Source: an uncultured delta proteobacterium (GTDB taxonomy: Bacteria > Desulfobacterota > Syntrophia > Syntrophales > Smithellaceae). Taken from it: a stretch of DNA of 64,000 bases. Made by a program: the position numbers and the translations under genes. Below the pieces are notes generated by a model. That model saw only the letters and a program-made list of their open reading frames with translations, had not been told where the DNA came from and made no database searches. The DNA lies in assembly GCA_963753975.1 (NCBI GenBank), contig CAVWEH010000001.1, positions 288,001 to 352,000 of the forward strand, written 5' to 3'. Position 1 is the first letter of the stretch, and each line of letters begins with the position of its first letter. Shown one piece after another: positions 10,079-18,337 of the stretch.

Positions 10079-10146
10079 CTTTTGTTCTCCTTTCTTCATT
10101 GTTTCTTTAATGTCTAAAATATAAGGCGCAATTCCGGAATGTCAAT

Positions 10147-10662
10147 CAATGAGACCCAAATTTCCAAAACGTAGTGAGTCCCAGATTTTAGAAGCGAAGC
10201 GCATAACCTAAAGGTCATCTACGACTGAAATCTGTTAGACGAACTATCCCGCAAAGCGGTGGAAGTGCATAACCTGAAGGCCACTGCCGCTGAAGTTTAC
10301 TGGACGTAATGAGACTCAAACTTTAAAAGCGAAGCGTATTAAAGTTTGTTAGTCGAATTATCCAATAGCTAAAGGCTATTGGAAATTATCCCCGAAGCGA
10401 AGCGTAGCGGGATGAGGAGACCAGTAAGCGCAGCTTATTGGGATCAGTACCTTGGTGTAGGTCGAATTAATGAAACTCAGGTATTGCAAGCGAAGTGCAG
10501 CAATATCTGCTAGCTGTAATGAGACTAAAACTTCAAAAGCAAATAACCTAAAGGTCACTATAGGCGCATTGAAGTTTTTTAGCCGAATTATCCAATAGCC
10601 AAAGGCTATTGGAAATTATCCCGCGCCAGTCGGGGTTGATCCTACCAGAGGTGGAATTGATC
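10147..10662 (+). repeat. Cluster of nested GA-mismatch hairpin units (starts 10147, 10172, 10307, 10468, 10517) with three micro-insertions
   Basis: Repeated TARTGA-NNC...AAGCGAAGYGCA...GAAYTATCC units with self-complementary 10 bp arms. Confidence 0.92.
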
Positions 10663-10723
10663 ACGATTTTGAGGTATTAAGTTTTGGGTTCAGGGCTTGC
10701 ACAAACGGTTAATGCCCCTTACT

Positions 10724-11641
10724 TTAATCGGCAGTGTTATGCCCCATTCTATATTGGAGCCAATTTATATAAAAGAAAGTGACAATAGCGAATATTAATG
10801 AAGGAAGAGCGGCTTCCTTGCTAAAGATAATAAGTGCTATACCGCCGGAAAGCTCGTAATTTTTCATAGTTCCCAGAAGAAGAGAAGAAGTAATCTTTTT
10901 TTCAGCGATCTGAAAAAGCTTTCCAGTTTTTTCAATAGTCAGAGCTAACAAAAAAATGCCAATAACAGCAATGAAAACAATGGAAGAAAGGTCGTCCGGC
11001 CAATTCAAGAGTATATCCCTTCCGTTTGCCGTCAGGGAATAAAATACAATAAATAGACAACAATCGGTTATTATGTTTTCATATGGTTCAATGATTTTAT
11101 CCCATTCTTTTTCCACAATGAGTCGCGAAAGCGCCAGCGGCAGTATAATTAATTCGACTATCAGCAAAATAATACCCCAAAAATTAAAGGGAATATTTTT
11201 AAGAAAACCCAAGCCTATCAATGGTATAATTAAAATAGCGCCCAAATAAGCTCCCGCAAATCCGGCGTATGTCGAAGTAGCGTCGGCCCGGAATGATTTA
11301 CTCAAGGGCAATATGGCCACTGCGGGCGGTATAGCGGCAATCAGCACCATGCCTATCCAGAGGGCTTCGTCGAAAATAAAAAACATGCCGGTCAATATTA
11401 TCAAATTTCCCCAGAGAAGATAATTCATAACATTGCCGCGGATAGCCGAACTGATAAGTTTTTTGGGGCGGCGGAAAAAACCGCGCGGTATTTTCAAAGG
11501 TGTAATTGTCAGAATGACCGTGAGCGCGGGCAAGGTCAGCGCGGCGGCGACTACATTTGCCTGAGGTAAAAGAAAACCGCAAAGCACGGACGCGAGAAAA
11601 ACTATGTTGGAGCGGGAAACAAGATATTTGAAACGGGCCAT
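10724..11641 (-). CDS. Bile acid:sodium symporter-family membrane transporter
   Basis: About 9-10 hydrophobic segments; GMVLIAAIPPA and GTMKNY.L..GIAL motifs; start chosen at MARFKY. Confidence 0.7.
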   Translation of the reverse strand: MARFKYLVSRSNIVFLASVLCGFLLPQANVVAAALTLPALTVILTITPLKIPRGFFRRPKKLISSAIRGNVMNYLLWGNLIILTGMFFIFDEALWIGMVLIAAIPPAVAILPLSKSFRADATSTYAGFAGAYLGAILIIPLIGLGFLKNIPFNFWGIILLIVELIILPLALSRLIVEKEWDKIIEPYENIITDCCLFIVFYSLTANGRDILLNWPDDLSSIVFIAVIGIFLLALTIEKTGKLFQIAEKKITSSLLLGTMKNYELSGGIALIIFSKEAALPSLIFAIVTFFYINWLQYRMGHNTAD

Positions 11642-11645
11642 TATT

Positions 11646-12476
11646 TTACCTCTGAAAATGCAAGATTTTTTTAACTCCAAAAATAATCAAAAGGAAAGCT
11701 ACATTGCAGATTACTATAGTTCCTCCTGCCGGCAAGTTCAATAGAAAAGAAAAAATTATGCCGTTAACTACCGAGAGGATGGAAATAACGGCAGAGACAA
11801 TAATAGTTGTTTTAAAGCTGAAAGAAAACTGCAGCGCCGTAAGGGGGGGAATAATCATCAATGCCGAAACCAACATTATACCCGTAACTTTCATCGCTAA
11901 AACAGCGGCCACGGCAGTCAATAATAAAAGAATGATATTGATTCTGTTTGTCTTGATGCCCATGCTTTTGGCGAGTTCTTCGTCAAAAGTAACTGCAAAC
12001 AGGTCATTATAGAAAAAAATAACAGTACCAACTACAACTATAAAAACAATAAAAGACAGCAAAAGCTCCGTTGGAGTTACCGTGAGGATATTGCCAAAGA
12101 GGTAGCTTAATAAATCGACATTATAGCCTCCCGAGAGACTGGCCAGAATTATGCCTGCGGCAATTCCGACGGAAGAGACGATACCGATGGCTGCATCACC
12201 GTGAATACGTTTGTAGCGAGTCAGTTGAAGTATGGCCAGAGATGAAAGCATAACCAGAGGCAGGGCGGCCAACGTAACATAAACAGGGCTGAAACCAATT
12301 AATAATACGACTGCTACACTGCCAAAGGTAATGTGCCCAAGTCCGTCGCCAATCAAGGAAAGACGGCGCAAAACGAGAAATACCCCCAACACGGAAGAAA
12401 CGGCGGCAATGAGCATGCCGGCAAGCAAAGCTCGCTGAACGAATTCATATTGGAATATTTCCGAAAGCCCGATCAT
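11646..12476 (-). CDS. znuB: Zn/Mn ABC transporter permease
   Basis: LGVFLVLRRLSLIGDGLGH, YLFGNI, G.MLVSALM..P. Confidence 0.92.
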   Translation of the reverse strand: MIGLSEIFQYEFVQRALLAGMLIAAVSSVLGVFLVLRRLSLIGDGLGHITFGSVAVVLLIGFSPVYVTLAALPLVMLSSLAILQLTRYKRIHGDAAIGIVSSVGIAAGIILASLSGGYNVDLLSYLFGNILTVTPTELLLSFIVFIVVVGTVIFFYNDLFAVTFDEELAKSMGIKTNRINIILLLLTAVAAVLAMKVTGIMLVSALMIIPPLTALQFSFSFKTTIIVSAVISILSVVNGIIFSFLLNLPAGGTIVICNVAFLLIIFGVKKILHFQR

Positions 12477-13216
12477 CGATTATTCTCCAATCCGTCATGC
12501 TGGTGGCAGATGATGTGTTGGCTCATTGACCCGAAAAGTTCCGTCATATCTGGTGAGGTGCAAAAATCTTCAAATGTTCCCGCAAAAATTATTTTCTTAT
12601 CGAGATAGAGAAGATTTCGGGCATATTTACCGATGAGTCCTATATCATGGGTAATAAGAACGATCGTTGTGCCGTGAACTCGATTCAATTCGTGGGTCAG
12701 CGAGTAAAAAATATTCCTTGTCTCGGGATCGAGAGCGGTTGTCGGTTCATCGAAAACAAGTAGTTCCGGCCGCCCGATCAGTGCATGCGCCAGCATTGCC
12801 CGTTGCTGTTCGCCGTAAGAGAGCTCGCCGATCAGGCGGGAAGAAAGATGCCTAATTCCCATAAGCTGAAGAACCTGTTCCAAATTTTGCGCGTTCTTAT
12901 TGGGCAGTCCCAGTTGAACTATTTCTTCAACCTTGCCGGGGAAATGTGTGTTTAAGGCATTTAACTTCTGGGGCAGATAACCGATTTTACTCCACTGACG
13001 AAAAGAAGAGAGTGGCTGTCCGAAAAGACTGATAGAACCTTTCTGCGGCTGCAGGATGCCCAGAATATTTTTAACCAGAGTGCTTTTTCCTGAACCGTTT
13101 GGTCCCGCAATGCCCACATAATCGCCTTTTTTTACGGTAAAGGAAATGTCGCTCAGGACTTCCACTCCGTTGAAACAGAAGGTTAGATTTTCGATGCCGA
13201 TCAAGTTTACGGACAT
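12473..13216 (-). CDS. znuC: Zn/Mn ABC transporter ATPase
   Basis: GPNGSGKST Walker A, LSYGEQQR, DEPT, His-rich C-terminus. Confidence 0.92.
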   Translation of the reverse strand: MSVNLIGIENLTFCFNGVEVLSDISFTVKKGDYVGIAGPNGSGKSTLVKNILGILQPQKGSISLFGQPLSSFRQWSKIGYLPQKLNALNTHFPGKVEEIVQLGLPNKNAQNLEQVLQLMGIRHLSSRLIGELSYGEQQRAMLAHALIGRPELLVFDEPTTALDPETRNIFYSLTHELNRVHGTTIVLITHDIGLIGKYARNLLYLDKKIIFAGTFEDFCTSPDMTELFGSMSQHIICHQHDGLENNR

Positions 13217-14145
13217 AACAATCCCCTTTTTAAATTTTTTAAATTCTCTTCCATCAGCGAGAGAAAGGTTACTCCTTTTTTCAGATCATCCTTGCTTATA
13301 TCGTGGCCATTGTTGAGTTGGAGCAAACGCGCCCCTGTTTCTTTAGCAATCGTTTGCGCTAGGCGTGGAGCAGTCAGGTTTTCATAAAAAATGTAACGAA
13401 TTTTTTGTTTTTTTATCTGTTCGATCAGAGTAAAAATATTTTGCGGCAGAGGTTCGGATTCTGCCGATGCATTATAAGCGGCAACATATTTTAAATTATA
13501 TCTTTTGACCAAATAAGCAAAAGCCCAATGTCCGGCGTGAAAAATTGTTTTGTTCCGGCATTTGGCCAGTTCAGTGTTATATCTTCGATCCAGGAGAGCC
13601 AATTTCAATTTGTATTCGGCGGCGTTTTTTAAATAATAGTCGCTGTTGCGCTGATCCTTTTGGACGAATGACTTGGCAATATTATCCACAATTTTTTGAG
13701 CATTATCAAAATCCAGCCAGATGTGCGGATCGAACTTGTACTCTTTATTTTCCTGGTCTTCTTCATTGAGCGGCAGTAAGAAAATGCCTGCGCCTGTTTC
13801 CACCGCCAGCATATTTGTATTTTCCGCCGCCCCCTGAATGATTTTATAAGCCCATTGTTCCATTTCAAAGTTGGTAAAAAGAAAAATATCGCTTTTAGAC
13901 ACCTTAATTATATCATCGGGTTTCAATTCGTAATGGTGGGCGTCGGTTGCCGGCGGCAAGAGCATGGTTACATTGATTTTGTCCCCGCCGATAATCCGGG
14001 CGAAATCATAAAGAGGGAAAATCGTGGCTATTACCTTTAATTTATTATTTGCTGGGCCTGTTTCTCTTGCGGGCTGACAGGATAAAATAATTGACGAAAC
14101 GAGAAGAAGAAAAACAAATATATTTTTTGAAGACATAATCTTCAC
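13207..14145 (-). CDS. znuA: Zn ABC transporter substrate-binding lipoprotein
   Basis: Lipobox-like ILSC, DAHHYE, DPHIWL, H.AF.YL..RY. Confidence 0.92.
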   Translation of the reverse strand: MKIMSSKNIFVFLLLVSSIILSCQPARETGPANNKLKVIATIFPLYDFARIIGGDKINVTMLLPPATDAHHYELKPDDIIKVSKSDIFLFTNFEMEQWAYKIIQGAAENTNMLAVETGAGIFLLPLNEEDQENKEYKFDPHIWLDFDNAQKIVDNIAKSFVQKDQRNSDYYLKNAAEYKLKLALLDRRYNTELAKCRNKTIFHAGHWAFAYLVKRYNLKYVAAYNASAESEPLPQNIFTLIEQIKKQKIRYIFYENLTAPRLAQTIAKETGARLLQLNNGHDISKDDLKKGVTFLSLMEENLKNLKRGLLCP

Positions 14146-14606
14146 CCTTGTTTATTTAGCTGCTTTCGCAACTTGGTTGCATTTCTGCATGCGGCACAAA
14201 GGCCGGATATATTGATTTCGATGTGGTCAATGCTGTAATCATCTTTCCCGGAAATTAGCTGGCGCGCCTGGGAAAAAGTCAGAGGTTCCATGCAGCTCAA
14301 CTCTCCGCAGTTGCGGCAGTTAAAATGAGGATGCACGGGATTCTCCAGGGAAGCCATTTCAAAATAATTAGTGCCGCCGGACGAAGCTATTTCACGCGCA
14401 ATACCATGCTGTTTAAAGAGCGACAGAATACGGTAAATTGTCACTCTATCAATGCGTACTCTGGCTGCCAGTTCCTGACTTATATCGCGTACGCTTAATG
14501 GCGCTTCCGCTTTGAACAATAAGGTTAAAACAGCAATACGTTGCGGCGTTTTGGAGAGTGCTGCTTTTTGTAAAGTAAGCAAGGCATCTTTATATTTTTC
14601 ATTCAT
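14142..14606 (-). CDS. zur: Fur-family regulator, likely Zur
   Basis: TPQR..VL, TIYR.L, HPHFNCRNCG, GLCAAC; first gene of the znu operon. Confidence 0.8.
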   Translation of the reverse strand: MNEKYKDALLTLQKAALSKTPQRIAVLTLLFKAEAPLSVRDISQELAARVRIDRVTIYRILSLFKQHGIAREIASSGGTNYFEMASLENPVHPHFNCRNCGELSCMEPLTFSQARQLISGKDDYSIDHIEINISGLCAACRNATKLRKQLNKQG

Positions 14607-14624
14607 GGCTGATCTTTATCAATA

Positions 14625-14641
14625 ATGCAACACAGTTGCAA
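14625..14641. promoter_or_regulatory. Palindromic operator, probable Zur box
   Basis: ATGCAAC-ACA-GTTGCAA about 19 nt upstream of the zur start. Confidence 0.7.
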
Positions 14642-14732
14642 CAATTATTTTTGGCTATCAACCGGATTTGTGCTATAAATAGCGGCCAAATACCGCATAA
14701 ATAATCAGAGAAACAGGAAAGGAGGATGGTTT

Positions 14733-15278
14733 ATGAAACCAATTGGGCCGTTGATGTGGGAACATAGATTGATTGAAAAAATGCTGGGCCAGGTGATGCG
14801 CCATATCGATCAAGCCGAAAAAAGCGGGAAAATTAATCCCCTGGTAATAGATATAGCTGTCGATTTTATCCGTACCTACGCTGATCGCACCCACCATGGG
14901 AAGGAAGAAGAAATTCTCTTTCGGGATCTGACCAAGAAAAATCTTACGCCGGAATTGAAGAAAACAATGCAGGGGCTCTTTGACGACCACATGTGGGCGC
15001 GCAAGACAACGGGAGCGCTGGTGGCAGCCAAAGAAAAATACTTGCAGCGGGGCGACAAAGAAAAGCTTGCCGGGATAATAGACCTCGCGCGGCAGCTAGG
15101 CGTTTTTTACCCGAAGCACATCGAAAAGGAAGATAAACATTTCTTTTTCCCCTGCCAGGAATATTTCACCAAAGACGAGCAGGGAAAGATGCTGGCCGAA
15201 TTTTGGGAATTCGACCGCAAAATGATTCACGAAAAATACAATAAAGTCGTTGAGGAATACTCCGGGCTCAGCCTCTAG
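14733..15278 (+). CDS. Hemerythrin/HHE cation-binding domain protein
   Basis: LMWEHRLI, DRTHHGKEEEILF, HIEKEDKHFF. Confidence 0.88.
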   Translation: MKPIGPLMWEHRLIEKMLGQVMRHIDQAEKSGKINPLVIDIAVDFIRTYADRTHHGKEEEILFRDLTKKNLTPELKKTMQGLFDDHMWARKTTGALVAAKEKYLQRGDKEKLAGIIDLARQLGVFYPKHIEKEDKHFFFPCQEYFTKDEQGKMLAEFWEFDRKMIHEKYNKVVEEYSGLSL

Positions 15279-15928
15279 TATTTCCAGCCCAAAAATCCGA
15301 AAGCGAGTATATTCATCAAAACCGGCACGGCGTAAATGATTCCCACGGTGATAATTTTAGTTTTCAGCTTTTTTAAGCTGATCACTAAAATCGCCCAGCA
15401 GAAGAATTGGAAGTAGCCGATAAGAAAGATCAGCCAGATACCCTTAAAAGATAAGTTCCAGAAAGGGTATTCCCAGACGAGAAGTCCGCCGATATTCAAA
15501 AGGCATTCGATGAATACGCAAAAAGCGCTGTAACCGATAGCCCAAAACCATTTTTCCGGCAGGCCGAGAATCTTCTCTTTTTTACTTTTCGAAAGAGTGT
15601 GATAGTAGATAATTCCCAGAAGCAGAAACATGAACATTATTTCGATGTTCCAACCCACCAGCGTCCGGAGCGCCGTATCTCCCGGAGTTGTCCAGAGAGC
15701 GGAACGTTGGGTAAGATACATCACCCAGCTGTTCCATGTTTCATTGAAGAAATCCGCGCCGAAAATCGCAAGACCCGCGAAGACGGCATCCCAGTTTTTA
15801 GATTGGCGCGCCTCCTTTATTTCCCGAGTGTAAACATAAAAGACAAAAGCTAAAAGAGGGATTATATACCACTTAAGCATGGTAAGATCTCTCAGACCGT
15901 TTAAGGCTTGTTGGGTTGCTGGCGTCAT
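15275..15928 (-). CDS. Hypothetical membrane protein
   Basis: 217 aa, about 6 hydrophobic segments, GGAGG RBS. Confidence 0.8.
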   Translation of the reverse strand: MTPATQQALNGLRDLTMLKWYIIPLLAFVFYVYTREIKEARQSKNWDAVFAGLAIFGADFFNETWNSWVMYLTQRSALWTTPGDTALRTLVGWNIEIMFMFLLLGIIYYHTLSKSKKEKILGLPEKWFWAIGYSAFCVFIECLLNIGGLLVWEYPFWNLSFKGIWLIFLIGYFQFFCWAILVISLKKLKTKIITVGIIYAVPVLMNILAFGFLGWKY

Positions 15929-15971
15929 ATAACCTCCTTCTCGATGTTTTGGTTACAAAATGTCTGCTGGT

Positions 15972-16078
15972 GAATTCGGTAGCGAGCTCATTCCCCGTTG
16001 CTTGCTGCGGGGGTAAGCGAGCGCATACTGTCCTTAAGAATCGAAGATTATCCGCAACTTGCCGCGGAGAGCTTCAAT
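15972..16078 (-). mobile_element. Two-hairpin non-autonomous element (second copy at 38219-38301)
   Basis: Reverse complement ATTGAAGCTCTCCGCGGCAAGTTGCGGATAATCTTCGATTCTTAAG...GCTCGCTACCGAATTC matches the 38219 copy at both ends. Confidence 0.7.
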
Positions 16079-16202
16079 CTTCTTATCAGGCAATAAAATA
16101 TTTATACAGTTGAATTATACTATAACGTCATATAAACAAAAAGACAAAAATTTGTTAATTTCAGCGCTGGATTTTTATAGAGAATGTGTTTAAATAAGCT
16201 TG

Positions 16203-16307
16203 CCCCGTTAGAAATGTTGAAATTATTATATACCTGCTATGATTTGTCAGCCGCGACTTTGATTAAAAAATAAAGATTAGCCCCAAGTTATTACATTTCT
16301 AACGGGG
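16203..16307. mobile_element. 105 bp MITE-like element with CCCCGTTAGA terminal inverted repeats
   Basis: Perfect 15 bp TIR CCCCGTTAGAAATGT/ACATTTCTAACGGGG. Confidence 0.85.
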
Positions 16308-16324
16308 TGAAGGAGAAATGAACT

Positions 16325-17326
16325 TTGATTCTTACCGGTAAATTGAAAATTGCCCTGCTGATTTTGCTTACCATTTTTATAGTCGGCACTGTCGGTTTTC
16401 ATTTTATTGAAAAATGGAGTCTTGTCGACTCTTTTTACGTCACAATTACTACTTTATCGACTGTCGGCTACGGTGATTTCGTACCGCAAACGGTGGAAGG
16501 TAAATTTTTTGCAGTTTTTATAATTATTTTCGGCGTAGGCACGATGCTTTATTCATTCGGCCTGATTTCGGAAACAGTAATCGAGGGCCGCTTGCGCGGT
16601 TTATTGGGGAGGGGTAAATTGGAAAAAATAATCGAAAAAATGAATAATCATTATATCATTTGCGGTTGCGGCCGTATCGGTCTTTTGATTTGCCGTGAAT
16701 TGACCGCGGAAAAAGTGTCTTGCCTCGTTATCGATAACAATCCCGAGGTGATTCAGAAGGCACACGATGAAGGATTTATTTACTGCAAAGGGGATGCGAC
16801 CCAGGATAAAACTTTAATCGAAGCGGGAATCAAGCGGGCCAAGGGTATCGTGTGCGTGCTCCCGTCGGATGCAGAAAATCTCTACGTTATCTTGACTGCG
16901 AAGGAACTCAACCATAATATATATATAATGTCGCGTTCCGAAGACGAAGCATCGGAGCACAGGCTTGTCCGGGCGGGAGCCGATAGAGTTATTTCTCCCT
17001 ATAAGCTGGGAGGGGTCAGGATGGCCATGGCCATTTTACGTCCGGCCATGCTGGATTTTATCGAAATAACGAGCCGCAGACAAAGTCTGGAGCTGCGCAT
17101 GGAAGAAATTCCCATTACGCCGGGCTCACAGTTTATCGGCAAGTCGCTGGAAAATTCGGGAATCCGTCAGGACTACGGGCTGATTATTATCACGGTAAAG
17201 AAAGATTCGGGAAAGATGATTTTCAATCCGCAGGCCGACTATGTTATTGCCGAAGGCGACAGATTGATAGCGATGGGTGAGGATGAGAATGTAAAGAAGC
17301 TGATCAAAGCATCTTTACCCCGTTAA
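16325..17326 (+). CDS. Potassium channel protein with RCK (TrkA-N/TrkA-C) domains
   Basis: TTLSTVGYGD selectivity filter, HYIICGCGRIG Rossmann fold, FNP C-terminal RCK-C. Confidence 0.93.
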   Translation: MILTGKLKIALLILLTIFIVGTVGFHFIEKWSLVDSFYVTITTLSTVGYGDFVPQTVEGKFFAVFIIIFGVGTMLYSFGLISETVIEGRLRGLLGRGKLEKIIEKMNNHYIICGCGRIGLLICRELTAEKVSCLVIDNNPEVIQKAHDEGFIYCKGDATQDKTLIEAGIKRAKGIVCVLPSDAENLYVILTAKELNHNIYIMSRSEDEASEHRLVRAGADRVISPYKLGGVRMAMAILRPAMLDFIEITSRRQSLELRMEEIPITPGSQFIGKSLENSGIRQDYGLIIITVKKDSGKMIFNPQADYVIAEGDRLIAMGEDENVKKLIKASLPR

Positions 17327-17415
17327 AAATTAAATGGCTTATGCTGCACCATGTATATTTTTTGAGAAGTACTAATAACAGGAAAGTTTATAGTATAAAA
17401 TGATTTCTAACGGGG
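17318..17415. mobile_element. 98 bp CCCCGTTAGA-family element
   Basis: CCCCGTTAAAAAT...ATTTCTAACGGGG; overlaps the K+ channel stop codon and the next gene's RBS. Confidence 0.8.
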
Positions 17416-17423
17416 AGGAAAAT

Positions 17424-18125
17424 ATGAAAAATAATTATTTGTTTATTCTGAAGAGAAGCGCGCTGCTTGTTTTGTTGATAGCTTTCAGTTTGGGTATATT
17501 AGATTGTGGACCTGTTCTCAGCATTTACAGTGTCAATATGCAGTATGACGCGGCCAAGGCAGTTATTCCGGCAGATTTGAAGGCCGGAGAAAAAATGCGC
17601 GACGCCGTAATTACCATCGCGGAATTTACTGATACACGCCAGGTGGATGATAAAAAAATACTCGGCCGGGTGACGGAGAGAGACGGCGTGAAAGCTCTTG
17701 TATTTCCGAAGTATGTTATACCCACGAAAGCCGTTGCTTACGGCATCAAAGATTATTTGACAAAAGCGGGTTATAAGGTTGCCGATAAGATTGCCCAGTG
17801 GGATCTAAAAGAAGAAACGATCCCGAAGGGATCCGGCAAAGTTCTGATAGGCGGGAACATTGAAGAGCTCGAAGCATCCTGCGAGCGCGGTGTTTTTGCG
17901 AACTCTTATAAGATCAGTTTGAAGCTGACCATTGTTTTTGCGGATCCGGCTAAAGGCAAGATATTATATAAAAGCAAAGTGGAGAGCTTGCTTTCCCGGG
18001 ATGATGTTTCCTTTTCCGAACAGTGGTTCGGAGATCAGGCAAGTAGTGTTCTGGGCGACGCCATTGAAAAAGTATTTCAGGAAAAGGCTGTAGCGCAAAA
18101 GATAAAAGAAGCTTTATCCCGGTAG
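17424..18125 (+). CDS. Hypothetical exported protein / probable lipoprotein
   Basis: Hydrophobic signal ending in Cys; ATG at 17424 after GGGGAGG. Confidence 0.7.
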   Translation: MKNNYLFILKRSALLVLLIAFSLGILDCGPVLSIYSVNMQYDAAKAVIPADLKAGEKMRDAVITIAEFTDTRQVDDKKILGRVTERDGVKALVFPKYVIPTKAVAYGIKDYLTKAGYKVADKIAQWDLKEETIPKGSGKVLIGGNIEELEASCERGVFANSYKISLKLTIVFADPAKGKILYKSKVESLLSRDDVSFSEQWFGDQASSVLGDAIEKVFQEKAVAQKIKEALSR

Positions 18126-18130
18126 ATTAA

Positions 18131-18232
18131 CCCCGTTAGAGATTAATGAACGTACGGGGATTATACTCAGCAAATTTTTTGGGATGATAAATCGTGAGGG
18201 CTATACAATTTCGGCAGTAATTTCTAACGGGG
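18131..18232. mobile_element. 102 bp CCCCGTTAGA-family element
   Basis: CCCCGTTAGAGATTA...TAATTTCTAACGGGG. Confidence 0.85.
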
Positions 18233-18245
18233 TGAACGAGGTTCA

Positions 18246-18337
18246 CCCCGTTTAGAAATTAGATAACTTAAAGCCTCGGAACCTCGAAAATCTCCTCAGG
18301 AGTTATGTTTCTATGAATAGAAAAATTTCTAACGGGG
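18246..18337 (+). mobile_element. 92 bp CCCCGTTAGA-family element carrying AGGAG and ATG
   Basis: TIRs; aligns end to end with 21457-21547. Confidence 0.88.

Noticed and set aside
10307..10360. SECIS, K-turn or hammerhead RNA reading of the ATGA...GA motif
   Set aside because: Units lie in both orientations relative to genes, no in-frame TGA selenoprotein candidate was seen, and the hammerhead CUGAnGA/GAAA core is absent
10147..10662. CRISPR array
   Set aside because: No constant repeat with unique, regularly sized spacers; units are degenerate and nested; no cas genes in the window
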